This document shows positions 27,568 through 37,748 of a stretch of DNA of 64,000 bases, piece by piece. The stretch comes from a virus. Made by a program: the position numbers and the translations under genes. Location: the IMG/VR virus record IMGVR_UViG_3300032116_000106, positions 1 to 64,000 of that record, one strand, 5' to 3'. The notes beneath the pieces are model-generated. The model searched no databases and was not told where the DNA came from. It was given only the letters and a program-made list of their open reading frames with translations. How positions within the stretch are numbered: the stretch's first letter is position 1; every line of letters begins with the position of its first letter.

Positions 27568-28979
27568 TATCTAATACTTTTACATAAATTCCAAAATTCT
27601 TCTAACTCTGGAAAAGTTTTTACAAAATCAGTTCCTCTTCTTCTATCATGCTCACTAAAAAATCTATAAAAATCTTTTCTATCTCTTTTTACAGTATGGT
27701 CTTCTTTTGGAGCAACAACCACATCGTATATTCTTCTCAATTTGTGAATTTCTACATCGGTATATCCAATCGGATTTTGTGTTCCCAAACTTTCGTAGAA
27801 GTCCATCAATTGTGCTTGCTCAAATACTTCTTTGTGCCAATCATCGGTTATGATGTTAGCCGCCTGATGATGTGGATGTCTTAAATACGAACTATCCAAT
27901 CCAATAGGATAAAACCAATACCTATCAGGATTCGTAAATTCTTTTTTAAGCTGATATACATCTTTAATCAATTTTTTATATGATGGGATACTTAAAAGAT
28001 TATAAGTTCCCATAATCGAAATAGTAAGTTTCGGTATTTCTTCCAATAATTCAGAACATCTATCATACCATTGATTATAATCAAATCCATTTCTAATATA
28101 ATTAGCTTGCTCTCCCCACCCATCACAAGAAGTGAATATAATAAATTCTCTTACCAACCCATCACTACTTATTCTTTTTATTTTTTCTTTGGCCTGTTGG
28201 TAGAGTTTTTCCGGTGCCCCCAAATTAGAATTTATTGCCAACTTTAATTTTTGGTTTGGATTATCAATTACATAATCAAATACTTTAAATGTATCTTTAT
28301 GTAATAAAGGTTCTCCTCCGGTTATTCTAAAGTTTAACAATGATGGATATAAATTAGGCCACCATTTCCAAAATGCCTCTACATAAGGATTATGTTCGGT
28401 TTGTTTATATGGTTGCTTACCTTCTTTGATAATATGGTCTAATCCATTATGACGAGTTGAAGTTGGATAAGCTCCAAACTGCTCAATCTCTTCCCACCAT
28501 TGTGTTGAGAATTGAGGATAGCAATACGAACATTTAAAGTTACACGCATTACTAAATGAAACTTCAACATACGAAGGATTTACATCATCCATATAAGATG
28601 AATTTTTAATCTCATCAAAATGAGGCCAAGCCCATTCTTCCGCAGATTTAAAAGTTCTATCAGAAAATTCGTTTGAATTATCTTCTACCTTCCAACAATA
28701 ATCGCATTCGGTAGGCCTTAATCCTTGCAACATTTCTCTTCTTAATTCCTTTTTATATTTGGTATTATGAAGTGCAGAAGGGTTATCTACTAAATCTTCT
28801 TTAATAATTTTGTGTATACCAGGATGGTGGCAACTATGATTCTGTCCGATGTGAAGATGCAATGTAACTTGCTTCCACTTTGCTAAACAAAATCCTTTAC
28901 CCACCGAATTTAATTTTCTTCGTATCTCCGAGTATCGTTCTGTATTATCCATATTTATTTGGTCTGGATTTCGAAACAA
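27567..28979 (-). CDS. Radical SAM enzyme with N-terminal twitch/SPASM-like Cys cluster
   Basis: CLAKW..., SCHH, ECDYCW, CNFKCSYC (CxxxCxxC) and ITGGEPLL. Confidence 0.92.
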   Translation of the reverse strand: MFRNPDQINMDNTERYSEIRRKLNSVGKGFCLAKWKQVTLHLHIGQNHSCHHPGIHKIIKEDLVDNPSALHNTKYKKELRREMLQGLRPTECDYCWKVEDNSNEFSDRTFKSAEEWAWPHFDEIKNSSYMDDVNPSYVEVSFSNACNFKCSYCYPQFSTQWWEEIEQFGAYPTSTRHNGLDHIIKEGKQPYKQTEHNPYVEAFWKWWPNLYPSLLNFRITGGEPLLHKDTFKVFDYVIDNPNQKLKLAINSNLGAPEKLYQQAKEKIKRISSDGLVREFIIFTSCDGWGEQANYIRNGFDYNQWYDRCSELLEEIPKLTISIMGTYNLLSIPSYKKLIKDVYQLKKEFTNPDRYWFYPIGLDSSYLRHPHHQAANIITDDWHKEVFEQAQLMDFYESLGTQNPIGYTDVEIHKLRRIYDVVVAPKEDHTVKRDRKDFYRFFSEHDRRRGTDFVKTFPELEEFWNLCKSIR

Positions 28980-29613
28980 AATCCATTATTTTATCGTGCT
29001 TAAATTTTACGGGCTCTGATATGAATGCATGATTACCATTACCACTATTATCAAATATTTTAAAGTTTGTTTTTTCTGATGTATCTAAACAACTAAATAA
29101 ACTATCTTCCTGCAAAACTTCTGATGTTTTTAAGTTAAAGTTTATTTCATGTGTTTCCAACAATCTATCATATAATACAACTAAATCTAAATTACCATTT
29201 AATATATTTTTTTCAGTTGTTTTCTCATGCACATTATCCGATAAAAAAGTAAAGTAATTATCTTCTTTTACTACATTTTGAAAATCACATTTAAAATCAT
29301 ATCCTATTTCAGTATTCAAATCAGTATAAACAAACTTTTGCTTTCTATTATCAATTCTTATAAAGAAATCAAACGTTTTCTTTACATCACATACTATATT
29401 AGAGAAGTATTCATCTCCAACTTTATATTGAAAATGAATTTTACCACCCTCAATTATTAATGTTTCAGAAGAGAGATTTCTCCTAAACAAATAACCAAAA
29501 GGTTTATTCACATCATAACTACCTTTTAATCTTAAAGAATACCCATCATTTAAAGATGTAAAATTTTTAAGATTAGTGCTGTTGGTAGATTTATTTGGTA
29601 TATAAAAAATCAT
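28945..29613 (-). CDS. Divergent stand-alone LamG-like protein
   Basis: LNGNLDLVVLYDRLLETHEI and FKIFDNSGNGNHA. Paralog of 26833. Confidence 0.55.
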   Translation of the reverse strand: MIFYIPNKSTNSTNLKNFTSLNDGYSLRLKGSYDVNKPFGYLFRRNLSSETLIIEGGKIHFQYKVGDEYFSNIVCDVKKTFDFFIRIDNRKQKFVYTDLNTEIGYDFKCDFQNVVKEDNYFTFLSDNVHEKTTEKNILNGNLDLVVLYDRLLETHEINFNLKTSEVLQEDSLFSCLDTSEKTNFKIFDNSGNGNHAFISEPVKFKHDKIMDFVSKSRPNKYG

Positions 29614-31007
29614 TATGCTTTACCTTTTCTACATTTTTTATAAAATTCTTCATATTCAGGAAATACTTCTAAAAAGTTAGTTCCTCTTCTCATATCGTGG
29701 TGTCTTACAAAGATAAAGAAATCTTTTCGATTTTTCAAGAAAGTTGAATCATCATCGTGATTTTTCATCCATTCCGCTATTCGTTTAACCTTTGTGATTT
29801 CAATATCGGTAAACCCATATCCATCATCACCCACTCTAACTTGTTCATAGAAATCCATAAGTTGTGCCTGTGAGTAAACCTCATCTATCCACTCATTATC
29901 CAATACCTTAACACTTTGATGTGGAGGCCAACGAAGATATGAACTATCTAATATAATCGAACTACCATAATACCTTTCCGCACTATGGTATTCTTTTTTA
30001 ATCTGATACACATCCTTAATTAAACCTTTATATGATGATACTGAAAGAGCGTTGTAAGTGCTCATTATTATAATTGTTAATTTTGGATTTTCGGATAATA
30101 ATAGATTAACCCTATCCATAAATAAATTATAATCAAATCCATGTCTAATGTAATTCGCTCTCTCACCATGTGCATCGCAAGATGTAAAAAGAATAAATTC
30201 ATTTACTCTTTCCTCATCCATCAATTTTTTAATCTTAACTCTAAATTCATTAAATATTTTTTCAGGAGCATTTAGGTTACTATTAATCGATAGGTTTAGA
30301 TTTTTATTTGGATTTTTTGATTCGTTGATAAAATCTAAAATGTCAAATGTATCTTTTGCCAAAAGTGGCTCACCGCCCGTAATTCTGAATGTATGTAAAT
30401 CCTTATACAAATCAGGCCACCATTTCCAAAACGCTTCTACATAAGGATTTCTTTTATTATGTGGAATTGGCATTTGGTCAGTTCCCTTCAAATAATCTAA
30501 ATTGTTAAAATTAGTTGATGTAGGATATGCACCATGTTGTTGTATCTCTTCCATCCATTGTGAACTAAAAGCCGGCCCACAATATGAACATTTAAAATTA
30601 CAAATGTTTGAAAATGAAACCTCAACATACTTTGGGTTTATATCTTTAATACCTTTGGTTTTTAATACCTCATCAAAGTAAGGTAAAGACCACGGTTCGG
30701 ATGATTTATAAATTCTATCTGAAAAATCATTTGAATTATCTTCGATGTTCCAGCAATAATCACATTCCTTTGGTCTTAACCCTTCCAACATTTCTCTTCT
30801 TCTATTTTTCTTAAAAGAAGTGTTGTGTAGTGCAGATGGATTTTGTGCAATTTCCATCTCCGATATTTTGTGTGTGACAGGGTGATGACAAGAGTGGTTA
30901 TGGCCGGTTTGTAATTGTAATGTAACTTGTGTCCATTTGGCTAAGCACATTCCCTTACCAACCCCATTTAATTTTTCTTTTGTCGCCTGAAAGTGTTCGT
31001 TTAACAT
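29613..31007 (-). CDS. Radical SAM enzyme (close paralog of 27567)
   Basis: CLAKWTQV, SCHH, ECDYCW, CNFKCSYC and ITGGEPLL. Confidence 0.92.
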   Translation of the reverse strand: MLNEHFQATKEKLNGVGKGMCLAKWTQVTLQLQTGHNHSCHHPVTHKISEMEIAQNPSALHNTSFKKNRRREMLEGLRPKECDYCWNIEDNSNDFSDRIYKSSEPWSLPYFDEVLKTKGIKDINPKYVEVSFSNICNFKCSYCGPAFSSQWMEEIQQHGAYPTSTNFNNLDYLKGTDQMPIPHNKRNPYVEAFWKWWPDLYKDLHTFRITGGEPLLAKDTFDILDFINESKNPNKNLNLSINSNLNAPEKIFNEFRVKIKKLMDEERVNEFILFTSCDAHGERANYIRHGFDYNLFMDRVNLLLSENPKLTIIIMSTYNALSVSSYKGLIKDVYQIKKEYHSAERYYGSSIILDSSYLRWPPHQSVKVLDNEWIDEVYSQAQLMDFYEQVRVGDDGYGFTDIEITKVKRIAEWMKNHDDDSTFLKNRKDFFIFVRHHDMRRGTNFLEVFPEYEEFYKKCRKGKA

Positions 31008-32443
31008 TTACAATTTATTAAAACTGAATTATTTCCTATTTCTTCTATACCTAACAATTCGTATGTTAAGCTATTCATACCATCATTTTTCCAATCGTAT
31101 TTCCCCTGCTGCATTTCTAAAATATATCTTCTTTCATTTCTCGCAGTAGTTTCTCCTTTTGCCCACTTACCATTAACCAATCCTTCAGTTTGATGTGGTA
31201 GACATTCAAATCTACCATTTCTTCTATGAGGGATTACGGTAGAAGGTATTTCTATTTTCTCTTTCGTAAAATTTACATTTGTAATTTTACCATTATTTTC
31301 ATTACCACTTAAATCTTCCAGCAATCCATCATTAAAAGAATTGAAATCATAGTGAAGCTGTAATCCACTTTCCTCACACTCAAATGGTATATTTTTTATT
31401 TCATTATCGGTCAAACATCTATCATACAATCTTACTTCTGCTATTTGACCTTTGAAAAATTTGTTTGGATAATTTTTATTTATTGATGGAGATGTTCCCA
31501 AATAATAACTTTCACTTCCATATCTTTTTAAATCTCCATTATATTCCATAGGTGATTGAACTCCTGTTCCAAATCTCGCATCTGTTTCTCTGCCATTAAG
31601 GTAAAAATGTATTTGCTTATTGTATGAATCAACTTTTAATGTCACCCAAGTCCAAAGGTTCTCATATCTCTTCATCCACATATATTGCATCTCTCCTTCA
31701 TTATTCCATAACATCGAAGTAAATGCTCTACTATTATTATATGAAATGCCATAATCATATCCAGGTCTTCTAAATACAGGATACTCCCAAAATCTTCTTT
31801 CATTATCACCAATCAAATAAATTGGAATCTTTTCCTCTTGCTGATGTGCCTTTACTAATAATGATAGAGTGTGAGAACGATTACTTAAAAATCTTATTGA
31901 ACGACTTTGAGGTATTTCAATAAAAGAGTTTTCTCCATTAAAATTTGCTATATCAAATTCGGTTTTGGGTCTGATATATGTTTGGTCTGCCATTCCATTG
32001 ATAGCACATCTCCAAAATAGGTCATCATCTTCCATACCCCAATCCCAATAATCATTCGAATAACCATTCGTTTTATAAACCTGTTCTTTTGTAAATAAAA
32101 CTGCACCACCAAAGTATTCTTCATACTTTAAGTTGTAATCGGTTTGTGAAATATGAACTGCCAAATGTTGTGGCAAATCTTCGTTATAACTATAATCACA
32201 GCTATCATCTTCCGGTATCATATCGATGTCATGCCATACAATATAATCACACCCATCTTTAAATGCAACATCGGCTGCAATGTTTTTCATCTTACCCCTA
32301 TTGAATAATTTATCATCACATTGGTGGGCAAAATAAATCTTATGCTCAATACCCCTATCCTTCAAAAATTTATGAACTCTGGGTGAGAATTGTGCCAAAT
32401 GCTCTTCTCTATTTCTATATGGAACACATACTCCTAATTTCAT
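31001..32443 (-). CDS. GT7 (beta-1,4-galactosyltransferase-like) glycosyltransferase with inserted LamG domain
   Basis: VPYRNR, FNRG, HDIDM, YFGG, NGYSNDYWDWGMEDDDL; LamG segment FKGQIAEVRLYDR.L...EI, DLSGNENNG; GT7 C-terminal tail DGMNSL.Y. Confidence 0.9.
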   Translation of the reverse strand: MKLGVCVPYRNREEHLAQFSPRVHKFLKDRGIEHKIYFAHQCDDKLFNRGKMKNIAADVAFKDGCDYIVWHDIDMIPEDDSCDYSYNEDLPQHLAVHISQTDYNLKYEEYFGGAVLFTKEQVYKTNGYSNDYWDWGMEDDDLFWRCAINGMADQTYIRPKTEFDIANFNGENSFIEIPQSRSIRFLSNRSHTLSLLVKAHQQEEKIPIYLIGDNERRFWEYPVFRRPGYDYGISYNNSRAFTSMLWNNEGEMQYMWMKRYENLWTWVTLKVDSYNKQIHFYLNGRETDARFGTGVQSPMEYNGDLKRYGSESYYLGTSPSINKNYPNKFFKGQIAEVRLYDRCLTDNEIKNIPFECEESGLQLHYDFNSFNDGLLEDLSGNENNGKITNVNFTKEKIEIPSTVIPHRRNGRFECLPHQTEGLVNGKWAKGETTARNERRYILEMQQGKYDWKNDGMNSLTYELLGIEEIGNNSVLINCKC

Positions 32444-33885
32444 AGTTCTACTGAAATGAATTTAGTTTTATCACTTAATTTTTTTTCTTCTACTTTTTTA
32501 TATCTCAATGTATTCAGGCCTTCAATCGAATAAAATAACATTTCGTTTTTTAATGAGTTATATCTTAATTGATTTTGTCTAGTTTCTTCATGCACCCAAC
32601 GATTTCCTTCAACACTATTACTACTATGTTTAAGTGATTTAAATGAACCATCTTTTTTGTATGGAACAACTGCTTCAATTAAAAACTTTTTATTCATTAA
32701 AGTATTGTTTTGGCAATTTACGATTTCAGCATCGAAACCATTACCACTTAAATCAATCAATTTATCTCTTCTAAAATGTTTAAAATCATAATAGAGTTTT
32801 AACCACTTCGAAGATTTATACTTACCAAAATTATTAAGTAGGGATTTCTTAGCCGATTCTTTATATATTTGTTCTATTTCAGGCTTCGATAATGTTTTAT
32901 CAAATACCGCAAACTCATTTACAAACCCTTTAAAATAATAGTTTTCATAATTTTTTGCCGGATTTGCAACACCCAAATAAAAATCTTCTACATTATAATC
33001 GTATAACTCATCAACATATTCGGCTCCGATATAAGTGTTATTGATATATAATTCAATCATCTTATTACGAGGGTTACGATTAATTACAGCGTGAACCCAC
33101 ATATCCGGACTAATGTCTGAAACTATACTTTTTGATTTTTCATCTTTATCCCATATATCCAATTTAAATCTATTAAAACTATTGAATGATAAAGAGAAGT
33201 TAAAACCCGGTATAGAAAATATAGTGTATTCATCATACTCTCTATTTAGGTCATTAACTAAATCATCTGGTTTAAACTTTATTGAAATTGAAAATTCATC
33301 TTCAAATATAGGTTTAAAGTTTTGAAAAGGAATACTGATAAATGAATCTATACCATTAAAATAAAAATAGTTTAAGTTATATTCATCGTTTTGAATTCCA
33401 AATGGCCTAGTATCTAAACTCAAATTACATTGAATACATCTTTGTAACAGGTCATCATCTTCAAATCCCCATCCCCAATATTCATTTGAGTATCCATTTA
33501 TAATTTTAAAATCTAATTTATTTACAATCGTTACACCGCCAAAATAGTTGTAAAAACTTTCTTCTCCATCAACTTTATCCGCTAAATGAGTAGGTCTATC
33601 ACAATAAGAATAATCAACCTTAATGGGTAACATATCAACATCATGAAAACAAAAATAATCAAATTCGTTTCCGCTTTCTTTATATCCGATGTTTAATAAT
33701 TTACCTCTATTAAATGGTTTCTTATCCTTTTGCTCAATTACAAAAATCTCAAAAGGAATTTTCTTTGAGTTTAAATAATCTTCTAAATAAGGAATAAAGA
33801 CATTAAGATGTGATTCCCTATTTCTATAAGGAACAATAACCGCTAATTTTTTTTGTATTTCTTTTTTATTAAGGTCTTTCATCAT
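32440..33885 (-). CDS. GT7 glycosyltransferase with inserted LamG domain
   Basis: VPYRNR, FNRGKLLNIG, FHDVDMLP, WGWGFEDDDL; LamG WVH...FKGFVNEFAVFDK.LS, DLSGNG; tail EGLNTLRY. Confidence 0.9.
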   Translation of the reverse strand: MMKDLNKKEIQKKLAVIVPYRNRESHLNVFIPYLEDYLNSKKIPFEIFVIEQKDKKPFNRGKLLNIGYKESGNEFDYFCFHDVDMLPIKVDYSYCDRPTHLADKVDGEESFYNYFGGVTIVNKLDFKIINGYSNEYWGWGFEDDDLLQRCIQCNLSLDTRPFGIQNDEYNLNYFYFNGIDSFISIPFQNFKPIFEDEFSISIKFKPDDLVNDLNREYDEYTIFSIPGFNFSLSFNSFNRFKLDIWDKDEKSKSIVSDISPDMWVHAVINRNPRNKMIELYINNTYIGAEYVDELYDYNVEDFYLGVANPAKNYENYYFKGFVNEFAVFDKTLSKPEIEQIYKESAKKSLLNNFGKYKSSKWLKLYYDFKHFRRDKLIDLSGNGFDAEIVNCQNNTLMNKKFLIEAVVPYKKDGSFKSLKHSSNSVEGNRWVHEETRQNQLRYNSLKNEMLFYSIEGLNTLRYKKVEEKKLSDKTKFISVEL

Positions 33886-34099
33886 TATTAGGTCTTTCGG
33901 TATCTCTCATTGGCCTAGATACACTTCCTAAATTTTTAGCTTTTAAGATAGTATGAAATTCATGCAAATACCATTCAACTCTCGTCCCCCAAGCTGATTT
34001 ATCGATTTCAAACATCCAATCATTCAAATCTCTAAGCGAAGAAGCAATGTCTTCCAATGCTCTCACTTGTCTTTCTTCTAATGTTTTTTGATCTGCCAT
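33869..34099 (-). CDS. Small Trp-rich helical protein (paralog pair with 34106)
   Basis: EERQVRALEDI..SL....DWMFEID...W..RVEWYL.EF. Confidence 0.75.
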   Translation of the reverse strand: MADQKTLEERQVRALEDIASSLRDLNDWMFEIDKSAWGTRVEWYLHEFHTILKAKNLGSVSRPMRDTERPNNDERP

Positions 34100-34105
34100 A
34101 AACTA

Positions 34106-34342
34106 TTATTGAGGTCTTTCGTTTGATTTATCAGGTCTTCCGGTATTACCAATCGTTTTCGCTTTTGCAATCATATAGAATTCGTTTAAATACCATTCCA
34201 TTCTTTCAGACCAACCTTTGGTATCCAATTCATACATCCAATCCTGAATGTTTTCTAACGATGTTCCAATCTTTTCAAATGCTCTAACTGCTCTTTCTTC
34301 AATGTCGATGTTTGAAGTTTCGGGTTTCTTTGATGTAGCCAT
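34106..34342 (-). CDS. Small Trp-rich helical protein
   Basis: EERAVRAFEKI..SL....DWMYELD...W..RMEWYL.EF. Confidence 0.75.
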   Translation of the reverse strand: MATSKKPETSNIDIEERAVRAFEKIGTSLENIQDWMYELDTKGWSERMEWYLNEFYMIAKAKTIGNTGRPDKSNERPQ

Positions 34343-34343
34343 T

Positions 34344-34589
34344 TTATTTGTTTTTTAATTTATTTTGTGTTCTTTTTTTGAAAAATCCTGTTGGGAAAGG
34401 TGATTGAGTTCCACCATAATAACCTCTCATTAATTCTAACGAAGAGTATATAATAGGCATCATATATGAAAAATTATCAATCGTTTTATTATTTTCAAAC
34501 GATTCTAATATTTCAGCAATCTTTTCTACCCTTTCAACAATTTGTTCATTGTTAATAACCTGTTTTATTATAGAACTACTTTTATCCAT
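34344..34589 (-). CDS. Small hypothetical protein
   Basis: Fills the gap in a tightly packed operon. Weak EQIVERVEKIAEILE similarity to the pair downstream. Confidence 0.6.
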   Translation of the reverse strand: MDKSSSIIKQVINNEQIVERVEKIAEILESFENNKTIDNFSYMMPIIYSSLELMRGYYGGTQSPFPTGFFKKRTQNKLKNK

Positions 34590-36058
34590 TTTGTTTTTTC
34601 GTTTATATCTTCTTCAGATAAGATTTTGTAATTTAAATAATTTAATCCAATTTTTTTTGTATCAACTTTTCCAGTCAAAACTTCATCAAAATATATTTGT
34701 GAGTTTTGAACTATATCTGGATCCCAACTATAAAACTTTTCAGTTATCTTATCATCATCATCGTGAATTAAGGATTGATACTTACCCATAATTCTAGAAG
34801 GAACTGAAAGTTTTGATGTTTTTTGAATTACATCGGTTTTAATAAATTTAGAGTATTCGGTGAAATCTATTGAATGAACTTTAACGTGATTCATCGTAAT
34901 AGAAGAATCTAATATAAAATCATGATAAATCTTATTAAAGTTTATATTAAGAACTGGCTCTAAATCAGTATTTTGTTTTTTACCATTATACCCTTCTAAA
35001 TAAATGTTATCAATCTCTCTTTGTTCCAATACATAATCAAACATTAATAGATTTGATAATTTACCTTTGTATGGAGATGAATTTAAACTTGCACAACCTA
35101 CATAAATTGGTTGATAACTATAATCAATTAGGGGTGTAACTATATACGGTTGCTGGTCGCCCGTATATGGAACTTTAACACTATTAAGATATAACTCAAC
35201 TACTTCTTTGTTATAATCCACAACCATAGCAATATGATTCCATACACCTAATTCATATTTTTTGTATGCGAAACAATACTGCCTATCATTATCATAAACA
35301 TTTACCCTAATAGTTCCATCGTTTTGTAAAGATATACCGGTGTTATAACCAGGCCAACTTACCAAATACTCCTCATCTTTCGCAATTTCATCTTTACTAA
35401 ACCAAAGTGATACGCTAAAACTATCTTTCGTTAAATCTTTTATCTGATTATTTGGAAATATTTTTAGGTATAAATCATTATCTTTAAAATCAATATACTT
35501 AACATTTTCCGAATACTTCTTATCGGTGATTTTAATTTTTTCAAATTCGTAATACGAGTCTATGCGAGGAAAAACAATTTCTTCATCTAACTCTATATCA
35601 TTCATTCTACATCTATGTAATAAATCTAAATCCACAAACCCCCATCCATAATACTCATTTGAATACCCATTAACGGCTTCAAAATCTTCTTTGGAGAACA
35701 TTACCACTCCACCGAAATATTCCAAATATGGGAGCTTAAATGTATGTGCCGATACCTTCGTTGCCATATGGACGGGATAACCTCCAATGTGAATGTAATT
35801 GTAATCACAATCATCACTTACCGGCAGCATATCTATATCATGAAAGCAGAAATAATCGAATCCTTCTTTGAATAGAGAGAATCCGATATTACATAACTTA
35901 CCATAATTAAATGGTTTATCATCTGATTGTTCTATAATAAAGATTTCGTAATCCACATCCTTATTCTTAAAGAATTCAGTCATATGTGGAACGAAGGTAT
36001 CTAACTGCTCCCTTCTATCTCTATACGGAACTATTATTGCTATTTTAGCACCTGTCAT
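34568..36058 (-). CDS. GT7 glycosyltransferase with inserted LamG domain
   Basis: VPYRDR, FNYGKLCNIG, FHDIDMLP, YYGWGFVDLDL (acceptor loop EDDD changed to VDLD); LamG SFSVSLWF..WNHIAMV..YKGKLSNL. Confidence 0.88.
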   Translation of the reverse strand: MTGAKIAIIVPYRDRREQLDTFVPHMTEFFKNKDVDYEIFIIEQSDDKPFNYGKLCNIGFSLFKEGFDYFCFHDIDMLPVSDDCDYNYIHIGGYPVHMATKVSAHTFKLPYLEYFGGVVMFSKEDFEAVNGYSNEYYGWGFVDLDLLHRCRMNDIELDEEIVFPRIDSYYEFEKIKITDKKYSENVKYIDFKDNDLYLKIFPNNQIKDLTKDSFSVSLWFSKDEIAKDEEYLVSWPGYNTGISLQNDGTIRVNVYDNDRQYCFAYKKYELGVWNHIAMVVDYNKEVVELYLNSVKVPYTGDQQPYIVTPLIDYSYQPIYVGCASLNSSPYKGKLSNLLMFDYVLEQREIDNIYLEGYNGKKQNTDLEPVLNINFNKIYHDFILDSSITMNHVKVHSIDFTEYSKFIKTDVIQKTSKLSVPSRIMGKYQSLIHDDDDKITEKFYSWDPDIVQNSQIYFDEVLTGKVDTKKIGLNYLNYKILSEEDINEKTKWIKVVL

Positions 36059-36909
36059 TATATTAAAACTATTTGTTTGGTTAGTTTATTCCAATTACCG
36101 AAAGATACAAAGGATTTTTCAGATTTCCAAGTCCATTCAGAAAAATCTTCTAAATTTATTGAGAGTTTATTTTTTGCCAAAGCCCTATACATTTTTCGGT
36201 ATTCTTCTGAAAAAGCGTAATCAGTTCCTACATTTGCAACAGCTCTTAACCTTTCTGCACAAGTACTATCCCATTTAAAATGATGAACTTGTGTAAAACC
36301 CTTTTCAATTGGATAACGAAGGGGGTGATTCCATCCCTGCCACCTCCAAGTTGTTTGTCCATTTATTTCTGCATAATGTTGCCCCGCAGTTACCTTTATC
36401 CTACCCTTCATAAGAGTAACCTTATTTGGACAGGCTCCACTTAAAGGGTATCTAAAAAAAGAACTAATCGGAAATGCTTCCCATAAATCAGTATCTTTTG
36501 TCACCAAAGGGAAACTACCATTCTCACCAATCTTATCTATAAAACCTCCTGTTACAAATTCCCAACCATTAGTTTCACACTCTTCAATTATAGAACCTAT
36601 ATCATCCCAGTACAATTGTAACTCATCATCATCTGAAACTATCCACCAATCATTAGGATATAAGGATTTAATTTCATTGTAAAAAGATGTTACTGCTTCC
36701 CAGTTAAATACCTTCTCTTTTCTTTCATGATATACACATCCAAATTCTTCGGCTATATCTCTTGCTTCTTCGAATGATTTTTTATTATCCCTATCAGTAG
36801 AGTAATAATTTACCAAATGAATTTCACTCACATTTTTTTTGTAATGTGATAACATTTGCCTCAAAGTATTTGTTCTATACCCAGTGACAGTAACTAATTT
36901 TGGTTTCAT
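36058..36909 (-). CDS. GT2-like (GT-A) glycosyltransferase
   Basis: WWIVSDDDEL DxD-type motif, KV...GQH and VHHFKW. Confidence 0.7.
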   Translation of the reverse strand: MKPKLVTVTGYRTNTLRQMLSHYKKNVSEIHLVNYYSTDRDNKKSFEEARDIAEEFGCVYHERKEKVFNWEAVTSFYNEIKSLYPNDWWIVSDDDELQLYWDDIGSIIEECETNGWEFVTGGFIDKIGENGSFPLVTKDTDLWEAFPISSFFRYPLSGACPNKVTLMKGRIKVTAGQHYAEINGQTTWRWQGWNHPLRYPIEKGFTQVHHFKWDSTCAERLRAVANVGTDYAFSEEYRKMYRALAKNKLSINLEDFSEWTWKSEKSFVSFGNWNKLTKQIVLI

Positions 36910-37748
36910 AAATTATCTATATATTTCTTCAATCTATCTTTTGGAAACCAACCCAATCTTCTAACTTCATCATCTTTTCTCCTACTCATTGAGTATTGCC
37001 CTAACCCACCTATTTTTTTTTCAATTTGTAAACTGGGAAACCTATTTTTAAACATTTCATAAACATTATGCACACTATATGAAACATCATTACCCATTTC
37101 CCAACCACCTAAATTAATTTCTTTTGTTTTTATTAATCTTACTAAACCATCAACAACATCATCGATATATGTAAATGGTTTTAATTGAGTTCCTAAATTA
37201 TGATAGGTAATAGGTAAATTATTGTTTATCTGATTTCTCCATTTTCCAATTAATGCCGCCATATGTGATTCAATTAATTCACCTGGCCCATATACATTAT
37301 ATAATCTCACTATTGTTACATCAACACCCAATCCATTTCTATAAAAACGGCATAACTCTTCACCCATTTTTTTTGATGTGGAATAAGGTGATATAGAATG
37401 ATGAACCGATGATGAACTTGCAAATACTACTTTACACCCATTTCTTTTTGCATATTCTAATACACTTTTAGTTCCATCAACATTTGTGGAAAAAGTATAA
37501 TTTTGATGCTCATATGATACCCCAACTCTACTAAATGCTGCTAAGTGATAAATCCAATCATAAGGTTTATCACTAATGTTTTCCATTGCCCTTACATCTC
37601 CCCCAACAAACTTAGCGCCTTCCGCCACTTTTGCTTCTCTACCGATATACTGATTATCCACTATATGAACTTCGTGTCCATCTGTAATCAATTGTTCGGA
37701 AAGTGCATATCCAATAAATCCACATCCTCCCGTAACTAAAATTTTCAT
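36906..37748 (-). CDS. NAD-dependent NDP-sugar epimerase
   Basis: TGGCGFIG, HLAA, ASSSSV, PYSTSK and RLYNVYGP. Confidence 0.92.
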   Translation of the reverse strand: MKILVTGGCGFIGYALSEQLITDGHEVHIVDNQYIGREAKVAEGAKFVGGDVRAMENISDKPYDWIYHLAAFSRVGVSYEHQNYTFSTNVDGTKSVLEYAKRNGCKVVFASSSSVHHSISPYSTSKKMGEELCRFYRNGLGVDVTIVRLYNVYGPGELIESHMAALIGKWRNQINNNLPITYHNLGTQLKPFTYIDDVVDGLVRLIKTKEINLGGWEMGNDVSYSVHNVYEMFKNRFPSLQIEKKIGGLGQYSMSRRKDDEVRRLGWFPKDRLKKYIDNL

